DNA of 64,000 nt from Octopus vulgaris (GCA_951406725.2 OX597829.1:38688001-38752000), one strand, 5' to 3'; positions 39,583-53,059 are shown, counted from the first letter of the stretch. The notes: a model not told the origin generated them from the letters alone. Numbers and translations: made by a program.

Positions 39583-40360
39583 GATGGTGTATTGAAGGGA
39601 CTGGCCATGCTATGCATCTAGCTTCAAGACTTTTACTGAGTCAAATACATCCTAATGCTTATTTGTGGTTAATACCTCTGTTATGGTACACTATTTACGA
39701 AACTCTTCTTTTACAGAACATATAGCACAAAATGAAAAATTGGGACTAAGCAGGGGACCTCTACATTGCCCACCGCAATTTCTAGAAATAGCAGCCAAAA
39801 CACCCTTACTTCATGCTATTTCTTCCAGTTCTTGTGTTCTGAGTTCAAACCCCACAGTATGAGTTGAGGATTTAATCCATCACCTTAATACTTGACAACT
39901 TAGGTGCCTTTAGCATACTATACCCTGTTGCAAGCATTGGGGTTACCAATTTGAGGATATTTTCATCTCTCTTTTCCACTAATTTCAAAGGCCATGAACT
40001 CTCTTGAGTAAAACATGAAAAAATATATATATTGAGTCCTTTATTTCACCAGTGTTTCAATTTTTGAGTTTATATACATTTAATTATTCAAGACAGAATT
40101 GAAAGTGCATTGTGATCAGTGGTATATAACTGCATCTGATGGTCTTGTCAATACTGTGACATTTAATTTTAGCTCTCTCTCTCTCTCTTTCTCTCTCTCT
40201 TATATAATATATTGATTTGATTTTTGAAGTCCATATAAACTTATAAATAATAGCTTTATATGTACTTTGAGATTCAATTCCAAAAAGAATTATTTCATGT
40301 TCACTCAAAAGTTTATAAATCCTTCTGGCATCAACAAAGTATATATATGTATGTGTGTGA

Positions 40361-40398
<38 letters not shown>

Positions 40399-40424
40399 AT
40401 ATAATTTATACAAAATATAGGTGT

Positions 40425-41120
40425 GGCATGGCTGTCTAGTTAAGAGCTTGACCTGAACTGTGTGTAGTATCTTGGTGTCATTTACTATTGCCCCAGACCA
40501 ACCAAAGGCCTTGTGAGTGAATTTGGTGAAGGAAAACTGTGTGGAAGTCTATCATATATGTGCACGTGTGTGTGTGTGTGTCTTTCTCCCTGCCCTAGTT
40601 TGACAGCCAGTGTTGGTTTGTTTACATCCTTCTTGGTGGTTTGGCAAAAAAGAGACTGATAGAATTAGTGCCAGACTTAAAAAGAAAAGAAAAATAAGTA
40701 CCATCATCGATTTGTTTGACTAAAGTTCTTCCAGTATAGCATCCAGTATGACTAAAGCAAATAAAAGATTAAAGAGTAAATTCTTTTAATCTTTTATTCT
40801 TTTATTTAATTTAGTCATTTGACTGTGGCCATGCTGGAGCACCACCTTTTATCAAAGAAATCCCAGGACTTATTCTTTGTACTTATTCTATTGATCTCTT
40901 TTGGCAAACAACTAAGTTATGGGAACAAAAACAGACACACTCACACAAATATATATAGATATATATATGGTGGACTTCTTTCAGTTTCTATCTACCAAAT
41001 CCACTCACAAGGCTTTAGTTGGCCCAAGGATAGAGTAGAAGACACTTACCCAAGGTGCCACATAGTAAGACTGAACCCAGAATCATGGTTGGGAAGCAAG
41101 CTTCTTACCACACAGCCTGT
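40425..41120. mobile_element. Tail-to-tail inverted pair of diverged family B SINEs
   Basis: 40425-40775 (+) and 40790-41120 (-). Confidence 0.75.
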
Positions 41121-41853
41121 ATAAGATCTTTTTTCTTTCCCCTCCAATCTGTTCTTTTTTTTTTCATGTCTGTTCTTCCATGCCAGCTTTGGGTTAAATG
41201 TACATACTTTTGAAGCTTGTGCTAATATGCAAGTGCTTTTAAGCTTTCTTAATGCATTAGTTGTTGTTCAGTCGCAGCTTAACTAGCCCTGATCCAACAG
41301 ACCTATGATCAAAGTTATTGCAGCCATGACCTTTCCATCTGTTATTTATTTTATGTCTTGTTTTTCAGCTGTGCTGCGACTAGGACAACATTCTTCTCTG
41401 TGTCTTCCAATATTTTTAACAATTATTGTAAGGGAGTTTTAAACTGCTATCACTAGCAGTTTGGAAAACCATGTAGAGGCTCTCTTATTCACTCTTTGTC
41501 ACATTTGTGCATTTGAGTTGAGTGTGTGTGTATGAATGAATGAAATGCATGCATGTGTGTGTGTATGTGTGAAACGCATGCATGTTTATGTATGTGTGTG
41601 TATGAATGCATGAAATGCATATATGTATGTGTAAATGCATGAAATGCATGCATGTGTGTGTTTGAATGTGTATGTGTGTATGAAAGTATGCATGTCTGTG
41701 CATGTGTGTGTGAGTGCATGTGTATGAAATCCGTATATGTGTGTGTGTGTCTGCAGGAATCTGAAATGAGCATACATGTTTGTGTATGCATATGGCAGTA
41801 TGAATCTGTAAATGTATGTGTATATATGCATAAGTATATGAATCTAAGATATT

Positions 41854-41892
<39 letters not shown>

Positions 41893-42199
41893 ATGCAAAA
41901 GTGTTTGTGTGTTTATATGTAGATGAATCTCTCAATCTGAATTTGCCTGTTTATTTGTGTATGTATGAATCTGAGTTTACATGAATGTGAATGTGTGCAT
42001 GCAAGTGTGTGTGTGTGTGAACATGTGCATGCATACATGAGTGTGACTTTTCAATGCATGAGTGCATATTACTCAAATGCATAATGACACAGCAATTGCT
42101 CTATTTGTCACTATACTCTATACTCAATTTGGTCAACAACACAAATATATTACAAGATATGTTGCTGCAGAACCTCGATACATTGAAGTGCATGTGTGT

Positions 42200-42214
42200 T
42201 TGTTTATGCATGAT

Positions 42215-42259
<45 letters not shown>

Positions 42260-42492
42260 GCAAGGAGAAAGAGGCGTGTGTGTGTTTGTGCATGATGCAC
42301 ACACACACACACGTGTATAGCAAGGAGAAAGAGGCGTGCGTGTGTGTGTTTGTGCATGATGCACACACACACACACACATATATAGCAAGGAGAAAGAGG
42401 CGCGTATGTGTGTGTTTGTGCATGATGCACACACACACACACACGTGTATAGCAAGGAGAAAGAGGCGTGCGTGTGTGTGTTTGTGCATGAT

Positions 42493-42531
<39 letters not shown>

Positions 42532-42640
42532 GCAAGGAGAAAGAGGTGTGTGTGTGTGTGTGTTTGTGCATGATGCACACACACACACACACGTGTATAG
42601 CAAGGAGAAAGAGGCGTGCGTGTGTGTGTTTGTGCATGAT

Positions 42641-42673
<33 letters not shown>

Positions 42674-42715
42674 TATAGCAAGGAGAAAGAGGTGTGTGTG
42701 TGTGTGTGTGTTTTG
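42200..42715. repeat. Composite array: (CA)n - agcaaggagaaagagg - (TG)n - gcatgatgc, 7 units
   Basis: Invariant purine core seen 7 times, separated by variable-length CA and TG runs. Confidence 0.95.
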
Positions 42716-42895
42716 CATCCATGGATGTGTGTTGCTGTAACTTCTAAGAAAAGAGAAGAGAAGAAAAAAAAAGAAGGAAAGTGAATTTTGTTATATCTGG
42801 GGCAGTTGGTTGCATTGCTGCAAGGAAATAATTCCTTAATTAAATATCGCTGAAGGAGATTACAATATTCTTTTTTTTTTGTCTTGTGTTAATAG

Positions 42896-42922
42896 AACAC
42901 GTTGCTTCCAACACCAATCTAA
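42896..42922 (+). CDS. Weak candidate terminal coding exon (NTLLPTPI*)
   Basis: Strong T-rich acceptor tttttttttttgtcttgtgttaatag|; phase 0 would fit exon 25875-25922; followed by U-rich non-repetitive sequence. Confidence 0.25.
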   Translation, partial: NTLLPTPI

Positions 42923-43969
42923 GAATGAAATCACTATTTCATTGTTAGTACTACTTACTCACTTATGAAGCAAAACTGACACAGTCTTCTCAAGTGGATG
43001 ATAAACCAAGTGTCCATATGTTTCTTTGTTTTTTTTTTCCTTTTTTTTTTGTTTTGTTTTTCTTTTAGTTTTTCTGTAAATATGTCTACTCACCATTATT
43101 CTTTGATAACTGTTCATAAACTCTTATATGGTGCTTATTCCTGTGAATTGCCATAGAATTCTACGTGACATGTTATGTGACGAAAGCACATATACTTCAC
43201 ACTACTTATGCAGATGTTTGCATGCGAAGAATCTTTCTCTGAACACTGAGAGGGAATTCATTTTTTCTTTCTTTCATCCTGTAATTGACATAAGTATTGA
43301 TTTCATAATCCATAAGTAGATTTTCTTACATTTGGCACAGTTTTATGAAGCAACATATTTGGATGGATTGTTGTTGTTGTTGTTACTTAGCCCCAGGTTG
43401 AAAATCCTGACTAGGTAACCCTATGATCAAAGACATTCCAGCTTTATTTATTTTTATTTTTCCTTCTTAGAAGTATCTAGGACATCATATGTAATGTGCC
43501 CCTACCTTTTATTAAGATACTAAGACATGATTTGAGGGAGATTTCCCTACCATATCTAGCAAATCAAATGACTGCATAAACAATGATTCAATTAGCTCAA
43601 GGCTCCCTACATCATAAAATTTACCTCTGCAGAGTTTGAACTCAGAACACAGATAAAATATGGAAAAGCATGTCTATATCTGTCAACCTCTGGTTGCTTT
43701 AAATTCATGGTTGATATTTTCTGACCTGAGCACAAAACCATGAAATTGTTGGGACAGCCATATAGGCTACTTGATATCAGCATATTACTACTAATTTTAA
43801 TATTAACACTGAAAACTTCATTGGAGATTATAATTCTGACCATAGAGGGGAGATGATTGAATACTGCAATGTATCTGCTATTACTGATATGTAGTAATAC
43901 ATGTGTGACAGATCTGATAGCTGAACATGTATGTTACATGCACTAATAGATATATAACTCTATTCCATA

Positions 43970-44191
43970 GTTCGTTTTTGGATTTCGTTTGCAAGATCCT
44001 TTGAGTTCATATGTTGAAGCATATTCTGTTGTCTGGGGAAAGTCATTTTCTTTTTGTGCCTTATAATTTAACACACTCACCGGTAAAATTTCCACTTTTT
44101 TCTTAAAAATAAGAAAAAAGTGGAAATTTTACCAGTGAGTGTGTTACATAATAAGGCACAAAAAGAAAATGACTCTCCCCAGACACAAAAG
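43970..44191. mobile_element. Fold-back insertion (76-bp arms, 4-nt loop) with 11-bp TSD
   Basis: 44030-44105 is the reverse complement of 44110-44185 (about 4 mismatches); tctattccata at 43959-43969 and 44192-44202. Confidence 0.85.
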
Positions 44192-44494
44192 TCTATTCCA
44201 TAAGTTTGCAATAATTAAAAGATGTTGTTAGAAAATGATTTAATCACCTTCTACCCATCACAGACAGTCAACTGTCAGCTCTTCTAGACCTGTAGAGCTT
44301 ATTCTGAACTTAGCAATGCATCCTAATAGCACAGTAAGACAAGAAATTTCTAGAGATTGTCTATTACCTGGGTCAGAAATCATGCTAGTCTTACTTAAGC
44401 ACCCAGGTTCTTCTGAGAATGTTATTCCTCATGCTTGTTACAACTAATTCCCAATAAAAATCTAATGTGGACCTTCCACCAACAGCAACATCTA

Positions 44495-44905
44495 GTGGCC
44501 AATGCCAGCGCTGCCTTGACTGGCTTCTGTATCGGTGGCATGTAAAAACCACCAACCGATCGTGGCCGTTGCCTGCCTCCCCTGGCACCTGTACCAGTGG
44601 CACATAAAAAGCACCATCCGTACATGGACAATGCCAGCGCCACCTTGACTGGCTTCCGTGCCTGTGGAACTTAAAAAGCACCAACCAATCGTAGCTGTTG
44701 CCAGCCTCCCCTGGCACCTGTGCCAGTGGCACGTAAAAAGCACCCACTACACTCATGGAGTGGTTGGCGTTAGGAAGGGCATCCAGCTATAGAAACACTG
44801 CCAGATCAGACTGGAGCCTGGTGCAGCCTCTTGGCTTCCCAGACCCTGGTCGAACCATCCAACCCATGCTAGCATGGAAAACAGACATTAAACCATGATG
44901 ATGAT
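44495..44905 (+). mobile_element. 3'-UTR copy of the RTE LINE (family C), four internal units
   Basis: gtggca(c/t)gtaaaaagcacc-type motif four times, then the gttggcgttaggaagggcatcc block and (gat)n tail. Confidence 0.9.
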
Positions 44906-45473
44906 GTGAGTTCCTGAAAATATTCTAGATCCCAAATATCTAGAACTGTATCTTTGTCACAGAGACTGGTAGGAATCTCTGCAGATACTGAAGTTTTCAA
45001 TGCATGCCTGCACGTTATCAACCACAGCATATTGATCCTTCCAGGCAGATGGACTTTCTGGCTTTGGCAAAAGGAAGCCAACAAATTGTCATATTTAATA
45101 ATTTTTCTAACTATTTAAGTTTTTCAACACTATGGTGAAGAAAGAATTACATGGATGCAAAGTGTTTTGATTTCTTATTGGGAAAAAAAAAATAAGTGGG
45201 CAGGCAAAATAATTCACTAATATTTTTAAGATAGGGAGTTAACATTTGCTAGTTTCAGAACCCTCTGCTTTATGCAGTTTCGTTCTGCATAGCTGACATG
45301 AGAATGAAAACCTGACTGTCTTTACTTGCCAAGCTCTTTAACCAGATTGCCAGTCCAATAACAAACTGACACTGCTATCAGCTGACGCAGACTACCTCTC
45401 CAGTTGCCAAAATATAAACTCACCAACTCGTGCAGTTTAATGAGTGCTCTTGTTACTTTGCATATTTCTTCAG

Positions 45474-45619
45474 TATCATGCCAACACAATAATGATAAAG
45501 ATATCAATGTTAACAATGAGAACAAGAGCAGCTGTGAAAAGACAATTGATATTGATTACTGCCTTTCGTCAGTTTTAAAGCCTTTAATGTTGTGGAATGG
45601 ATTGGAAGGGTTAGGGTAA
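45474..45619 (+). CDS. Weak candidate exon (SCQHNNDKDINVNNENKSSCEKTIDIDYCLSS...LG*)
   Basis: Acceptor tttgcatatttcttcag|, purine-rich open frame, followed by T-rich sequence; phase 1, so it does not join exon 25875-25922 directly. Confidence 0.25.
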
Positions 45620-45797
45620 TCTTTTTTTTTTTTTTAAATATCTATCTTGTAAAAAGATTTTTTTTTCTTTAATTTTTCTCAGTTTTTAGTGGTTGCTTTT
45701 TTTTTATTAATGTTTTTCTTTTCCTTTTTTTGATGTTTAGGGTTTTCTTATTTTAACTTAATTAAATCCTTTGTATATTTTCTTTTCTCATCTATCA

Positions 45798-45828
<31 letters not shown>

Positions 45829-46392
45829 CATATCATCATCATCATCATCTTCCATGCTGGCATGGGTTGGATGGTTTGACTGAAGTCTGGCAAGCCAGTG
45901 GGCTGCACTAGGCTCCAATCTGACCTGGCAATGTTTCTACTACTGGATGCCCTTCCTTAATGCCAACCACTCAGAGAGTGTCATGGGTGCTTTTTACATG
46001 CCACTGGCATGGGAGCCAGTCAGGACATACACACACACACACACTGTGTGTATGTGACTCAGACATGACCAAGTAGTTAGGCAGTTTGCATGACAATTAT
46101 GAGGTTCTGAATTCAATCCCACTTGGATATATGTTTTTACCATGGCATCTGATTGACTGAAAACTTGCAAATAAGGTTGGACTGAAGCTGTTTGGAATTC
46201 AAAGGCAGGATCATCATCATCATCATCATCATCATCATCGTTTAACGTCCATTTTCCGCACTAGCACGGGTTGGACGGTTCGGCCAAAAGCTGTAGTAGA
46301 AGATACTTGCCCAAGGTATCCCACAAAGTGTGTTTCTTAACACACAACTCTTACATATGGCTAATAGGTATTTTTCAAGACATAGCTTTAGC

Positions 46393-46700
46393 CATCATCA
46401 TCATCATCATCATCGTTTAACGTCCACTTTCCATGCTAGCATGGGTTGGATAGTTCGACTGGGGTCTGGGAAGCCAGGAGGCTGCACCAGGCCCAGTCTG
46501 ATCTGGCAGTGTTTCTACAGTTGGATGCCCTTCCTAACGCCAACCACTCCATAAGTGTAGTGGGTGCTTTTTACGTGCCACCGGCACAGGTGCCAGGCGA
46601 GGCTGGCAATGGCCACGATTGGTTGGTGCTTTTTACGTGCCACCGGCACGGAGGCCAGTCGAGGCGGTGCTGACAACGGCCACTTTAGGATGGTTCTTTT
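46393..46700 (-). mobile_element. 3'-UTR copy of the RTE LINE (family C)
   Basis: Close match to 59233-59540; other copies at 45835-46025 and 46210-46285. Confidence 0.9.
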
Positions 46701-47027
46701 AACAAAAGTTACATTATGCTATAGCAATGTAAGTATACTCTATTTCAGAAATGTTGCGTTATTGACATTTTTGTCGTAGTATGGAATTCTGTTAGGTGAA
46801 GCTTTTTACCCCACTCAATGTCATGTCATGTAACATGGATGTCAATAGAAAAGTAAGCTTTTTAAACAGAGCACAGAGAGAATGTTTATATACATATTGG
46901 AATACTGAGATCATCATCATATAATGTCTAGTTTTCCAGGCTTACAAGGGTCAAATAGAATTTGTTGAAGCAGATTTTCTGTAGCTTGATGTTCCCCCTG
47001 TCACCAACCTTCATCTGTTTCCAAGTA

Positions 47028-47221
47028 ACTCTTTTACTTGTTTCAGTCATGTGGCTGTGGCCATGCTGAGGCACCACCTTTAGTTGAGCAAATCGACCCC
47101 AGGACTTATTCTTTGTAAGCCTAGTACTTATTCTATCGGTTTCTTTTGCTGAACCGCTAAGTTAAAGGGACGTAAACACACCAGCATCGGTTGTCAAGCG
47201 ATGCTGGAGAGACAAACATAT

Positions 47222-47256
<35 letters not shown>

Positions 47257-47376
47257 CGATGGGCTTCTTTCAGTTTCCGTCTACCAATTCCACTCACAAG
47301 GCTTTTGTCGGCCCGAGGTTATTGTAGAAGACACTTGTCCAAGGTGCCAAACAGTGGGACTGAACCCGGAACCATG
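47028..47376 (-). mobile_element. SINE family B
   Basis: Matches 27598-28008, lacking the first ~40 nt of the head. Confidence 0.9.
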
Positions 47377-47639
47377 GCCAGATATGTTTTTCATAGAAGA
47401 CTGGAAACAAAGGACAACACTTGGGTGACAATGACATTGATTTACAACTATCAAATTTTGTCAAGATCAGGGTACACACAAAAACACACAAGATGAGTTT
47501 AACAGTTGTCAACCCTGCTTGGATTGTACTCTGTGAATTGTCATGTGTTATTTGAATTGTATTATTGTCGTGTAGTGTTATTACTATATTTTAACATTGA
47601 CAAAAAGCTTCAAAATTGTAGAGTATAGTTTGAGTTCAT

Positions 47640-47915
47640 TATCATTATCATCATTTAACGTTCGTTTTCCATGCTAGCATGGGTTGGACAGTTCGACCGG
47701 GGTTTGGGAAGCCAGGCGGCTGCACCAGGCTCCAGTCTGATCTGGCAGTGTTTCTACAGCTGGATGCCCTTCCTAATGCCAACCACTCCGTGAGTGTAGT
47801 GGGTGCTTTTTATGTGTCACCAGCACAGATGCCAGGCGAGGCTGGCAACAGCCATGATCGGTTGGTGCTTTTTACGTGCCACTAGCACTGGTATCACGAC
47901 TACAATTTCCATTGT
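47640..47915 (-). mobile_element. 3'-UTR copy of the RTE LINE (family C)
   Basis: Shares ctggtatc.c..ctacaatttccattg with the 17481-18188 subfamily. Confidence 0.9.
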
Positions 47916-50859
47916 TTTTTTTTTTTGATCAATTTCAATTTCGCTTGCCTTGAATTATTGTTAGTATATAAATCTCATACAGAATATTATAAAGCTATCA
48001 CGTATGTGAAACACCACACATATTTACTAAATAGTGTAAAATATTTAATCATTTCATGTACCATTATATTATCACTGTTTCTCATATTTCTAGAAAGAAA
48101 GTGTTATTGACTGTACCATCTCCAATGTATTGCCGATATATGTATTAATCATATCCATAGGAATATGTAAAGCTTTCTGTTGCAGCAATTTTTGAACCAA
48201 GAAAGCTGAAACTGAAAACTGTAGACTTTTAAAATCTTCACAATAGTCATAGATATGCCTGTGTGGTAAGAAGTTTGCTTCTCAACCACATGATTCCAGG
48301 TTCAGTTCCACTGTGTTGCACCTTGAGCAAGTGTCTTCTATGATAGACTTGGGCTGACCAAAGCCTTGTGAGTAGAACTGGTAGATAGAAACTATGCAGA
48401 AGACCATCAGAAGGAGTAGCCTTGCTCATGAGTGATAAGCTTAATCTATTTCCTGGTTTAACACCAATGCCTGGCCTGCTGATGTTTCTAGCAAAATTCA
48501 AATTTTGGCAACCCCAACAAGGGCCAATCCTTGTTGCAGTTTAATAGCTTTTGTTCTTTAATGGCTGAGAGCTATGCTAGCAGAATGTACACTCCTGGTA
48601 GAACTTCCCATACTGGACGGGTCAAAGGACAGTAGTGATACACTTGCCAGAGATAAAAATGGGTGGATTGTATTCTTGAGCGAAAACACTTCATTTTACA
48701 TTGGCCCTTTCAGTTCAGATGTAAATGAGCAATCCTACAATGGACTGGCATCTTGTTCATGAGAAATGTGATCTTGTTCTAGGAAACTGCCAAGAGCCAA
48801 AGCAAAGTTGCTGAAGCATCAATGACAATTCAAAACCAACAAGACTTGAGAAAGGAAGGTCTTTCCTCCAAGAAATATATGAGCCCACTAGGGAAACAGA
48901 AGAAAGGGTACTCTAAAGCTGAGGTAGAGCTGAGAGAAAAAGCAGGGATCCAATTGGAAAGAAATAGACATCCCAAATTCAGGAACAGTCGAGAAAAGTT
49001 GCCATTGGTCTGTGTATCACAGGGACCAGGTCTCCAGTTTATGGTGAAAAAACCACATAGCCTAGTGGTTAGGGTGTTGCACTAATGATTGTAAGATCAT
49101 GGTTTCAATTCTTAGACAGGGTGTTGCATTGTGTTCTTGAGAAAAACACTTCATTTTATATTGCTCCTGTTGACTCAGATGCAAATGAGTAATTCTACAA
49201 TTGACTGTCATCTTGTTCATCACTTACACATCATGGAAACTGGACAACCAGTCCTATGAACCTAAGGATTCAAGACACTAATGCCCTTATGTCCAGTCTG
49301 TAGATGATCGCCTCACTGACAAGAAAGATCGATCATCAATTATAAAAAAATTCTTTTTCTTTTCTAATATTTCTGAAATTCTTGGTTTTGTATTTTTAGC
49401 TTCAAATCCACAAACATGGCTATGTGTGGGACATTTGTGATTTTTTTTCTCCTAATACTCTTGGGAACAGAATCAATATAATAAAGTTCTCCATTGTTCT
49501 CCTTTATAAATATGTTGTCTTCTTTCATTAACAAAATCAATATAGTCTGTATTGAAGAAATATAAGGATTGTCTTGCCTTACTTAATATCTGTTCATAAA
49601 TACACACATACACACACACACACATTTTTTTTTCTTCTAAATATAGGTTTTTCTATTGAAAATGATCACTTATGCTTTTCAACAATCTATTTATCCCTTG
49701 CTGCATTATATTTTTTTTAGCGTTATTGTTTTATTATTTGATCATTTTTGTTTTTTCCATTTTTGTTTCATTTTTTCTTCACCTTTTTATTGTATTTAGA
49801 TATTTATTTCTTTGTTATATCCCCATGCACACATACATTTTGACACACACACATACAAGTATTGGGAAAGAGCATTGTTGATTGTATCAACTTCAGTCTA
49901 TTACTGATACTTATTTTTAATCATCTTCTGGGGAATCAATGTACACAAGTATACATAAAGCCATATGTATACAAACAGATATGCATATATGCAAAATTAC
50001 TCACATCTGTATGCATGTACATACATCTGAAAAACAACTTATAGAATGCTTCATGGAAATATAAGCAGTATGGCTGGTTTGATTATCAGAATGGATTAGA
50101 TATTGACATAAAGAAAATAACACATGATTCAATGAATAAACCAAAGCAGCTCTTCATTCATTGTCTTTATACATGTCCACCTCGTCTTTATTATTGTGAG
50201 GCATGCTCTCCTATAGTTTAGGGACTTTAGACATATGTCCACTTCCCATTTAAAAGAAAACCTTAGACCAAGACATCTGTCTGTGGCTTCAGTATTAACT
50301 AGATCAACTAAGCTGTATAAAAGTTATTTTGCTTATTGCTGTGTTTGTATGCATGCATATTAGGTTAAACATACATCTGAAAAGTCTGTTAGCCAATGTA
50401 ATGTTAAGCCATTTATATTCTCTTGCGGCAATCTTTCGTTAGTGTAGGAAGGGGAATGTTATGTATTTGTTTATGCAAAGAGGAAGAAAGATTAGATTAA
50501 GAAGGCTTTCAGTTATGCATGCAGCTAGCCTTCAGGTTCACAAAGTGAACATTTGCAAGGCATCAATAACCCTTTGAAAGCATCTAACCTGACATATACA
50601 CGAGGTGGAAGGGTTCATACATTTACAAGATGATAACAACACTTTATCAAAATAAATATAAAATTAATCATTAAAATTAGGCATACCCCGCATACATACA
50701 GATATGCGTATTACACATGTATAGCAAAATACTGTCCAACCGCTTTGTCATTACCTGCCTAAATACCATGCGCACACTATTACCGAGTGCAAAATCTTCT
50801 CCAAAGGAACTTCCCTGTGGATCCTCAACCAGATATTTCTCTCTCTCTATATGTGTCTG

Positions 50860-50891
50860 TACATATATATATATATATATATATGCATGTT

Positions 50892-50926
<35 letters not shown>

Positions 50927-51469
50927 TTGTTTATGTATATATATATATATGCGTGTTTATGTATATATATATATATATATGCATGTTTATGTATATATAT
51001 ATATATATATATGCATGTTTATGTATATATATATATGTATATATATGCATGTTTATGTATGTATATATATATATATATATGCATGTTTATGTATGTATAT
51101 ATATATATATATATATGCATGTTTATGTATATGTATATATATATATATATATGCATGTTTATGTATGTATATATATATATATATATATGCATGTTTATGT
51201 ATATGTATATATATATATATATATGCATGTTTATGTATATATATGTGTATATATATATATGCATGTTTATGTATGTATATATATATATATATATGCATGT
51301 TTATGTATATATATGTATATATATATATATATATGCATGTTTATGTATATATATGTGTATATATATATATATGCATGTTTATGTATATATATGTGTATAT
51401 ATATATATATATATATGCATGTTTATGTATATATATGTGTATATATATATATATGCATGTTTATGTATA

Positions 51470-51500
<31 letters not shown>

Positions 51501-51621
51501 GCATGTTTATGTATATATATGTGTATATATATATATATGCATGTGTATGTATATATATGTGTATATATATATATATGCATGTGTATGTATATATATGTGT
51601 ATATATATATATATGCATGTG

Positions 51622-51652
<31 letters not shown>

Positions 51653-51730
51653 GCATGTGTATGTGTGTATGTGTATATATATATATATGTATATATATGT
51701 GTGTGTATATATGTGTGTATGTATATATAT
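50860..51730. repeat. (TA)n array punctuated by gcatgtttatg
   Basis: More than 20 gcatgt(t/g)tatg interruptions in (TA)n. Confidence 0.95.
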
Positions 51731-52545
51731 TCCTCCTTTCTATCTCCTTATCGTATTGGATAAGGATGTTGCATGCCCTTTATTTTTGTTTCTGGATGAT
51801 GCCAGGTATTGTGTGTGCCTTTCCTTGAAAAAGTTGCCTGTCATTCTGATATATGTCTTTGTTACTCTCTTGGGATCTGTAATTTTGGCCTTGTGTATAA
51901 GTTCTTTTTCGTGACAGTTGTTATTTAGAGGAGAGTGATTTGGAAATCTACAGTTACATTGTCTTTCAGGAGTATTTCTTGTGTGTTTATTGTGGTTGAG
52001 TATTATTGAATCTATACTGGGGAGGCAACTATAGCTAACATTGTTTCTGTTGAAGATTTTGTGGTATTTGTATGAATGCTGGAATTTTAAGAATTTCCTA
52101 GCTATGTTAGTGGCTACATTCATGCTATAAAGTGGGTTTAACCATCAGATTTTCCTCTTTGGTTCAGTGTAGTTTATGCTATTCTTGAAGTTGGCCCTTA
52201 CTAATACAGCATTATAGTATGGGGAATTTTTTTTCAAAAGTGTCTTTTTCAGTGGATAGATTGGAGATGTGCCTGCTAATATTGTTTAATGATTGCTGGT
52301 GGGTGGTTAGCCTATGTCTATGTATGTGGCTCCCTCATTTGGTCTGAGGTAGGGTTTAAATTTGCCTGTGTTAAGATTCATTTTAATATCTAGGAAGTTG
52401 ACTTCTTTGAGGTTGGTACTAATTGTGGTTCTTAGGCCGAATTGGCTAAATTTTTTGCATAAGTTTTTCCTTATCCTATCCATATAATGTCATTTTTATT
52501 GCGTGCCACTCCCAGACTATTGTCCCTATATAAACCTATGTTCAT
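51731..52545 (-). mobile_element. Penelope-like (Neptune-type) RT C-terminus plus GIY-YIG pseudogene
   Basis: NIGLYRDNSLG (YRDD), NLKEVNFLD...FKPY, RKI*WFNPLYSMNVATNIARKFL, KIFNRNNVSYSC, CNCR...[20 protein letters not shown]. Confidence 0.9.
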
Positions 52546-52851
52546 TTACATATAAAATATTTATATATGATTTATATATGAGGAGTGGCTGTGTGGTAAG
52601 TAGCTTGCTTACAAACTCAGTCCCACTGTGTGGTACCTTGGGCAAGTGTCTTCTACTATAGCCTCAGGCCAACCAAAGCCTTATGAGTGGATTTGGTAGA
52701 CGGAAACTGAAAGAATCCCATCATAAATATATATATATATATAAAGTTCAGCAAAATTTAGATTCAAATGAATATGGTACTTAAGTCAGATGCACCAGAA
52801 TTTTGTGCATATATATATATGTTATCCATATAAATCCATGGGGTGATTATA

Positions 52852-52951
52852 ATCAAAATAAGCAACAAGAATATCTTTGGTAATTTGGTACGATCATAGT
52901 GTGAAACGATCGTACCAAATTACGGAAGATATTTTTGTTACTTATTTTGAT
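52852..52951. repeat. Inverted repeat (44-bp arms) carrying a hammerhead 3' half
   Basis: 52852-52895 vs 52908-52951; centre gtGAAAcgatcgTA; same family as 28870. Confidence 0.85.
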
Positions 52952-53059
52952 ATATATAGTTAATCCAAACATGAAAACACAAAGAGAAAACACAACAACG
53001 CAAGGACGTGGAACAAATATAGTATTATTGGACGCTCAGGAAGGAAGGGAAGAAGAAGG

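Noticed and set aside
42200-42715. CRISPR-like repeat-spacer appearance
   Set aside because: Spacers are microsatellites rather than unique sequences, the core is only 16 bp, there are no cas genes and the context is eukaryotic.
50430-50600. Possible continuation of the GIY-YIG domain (KCSLCE) on the minus strand beyond the microsatellite
   Set aside because: Single short motif separated from the element by unrelated sequence; insufficient evidence.
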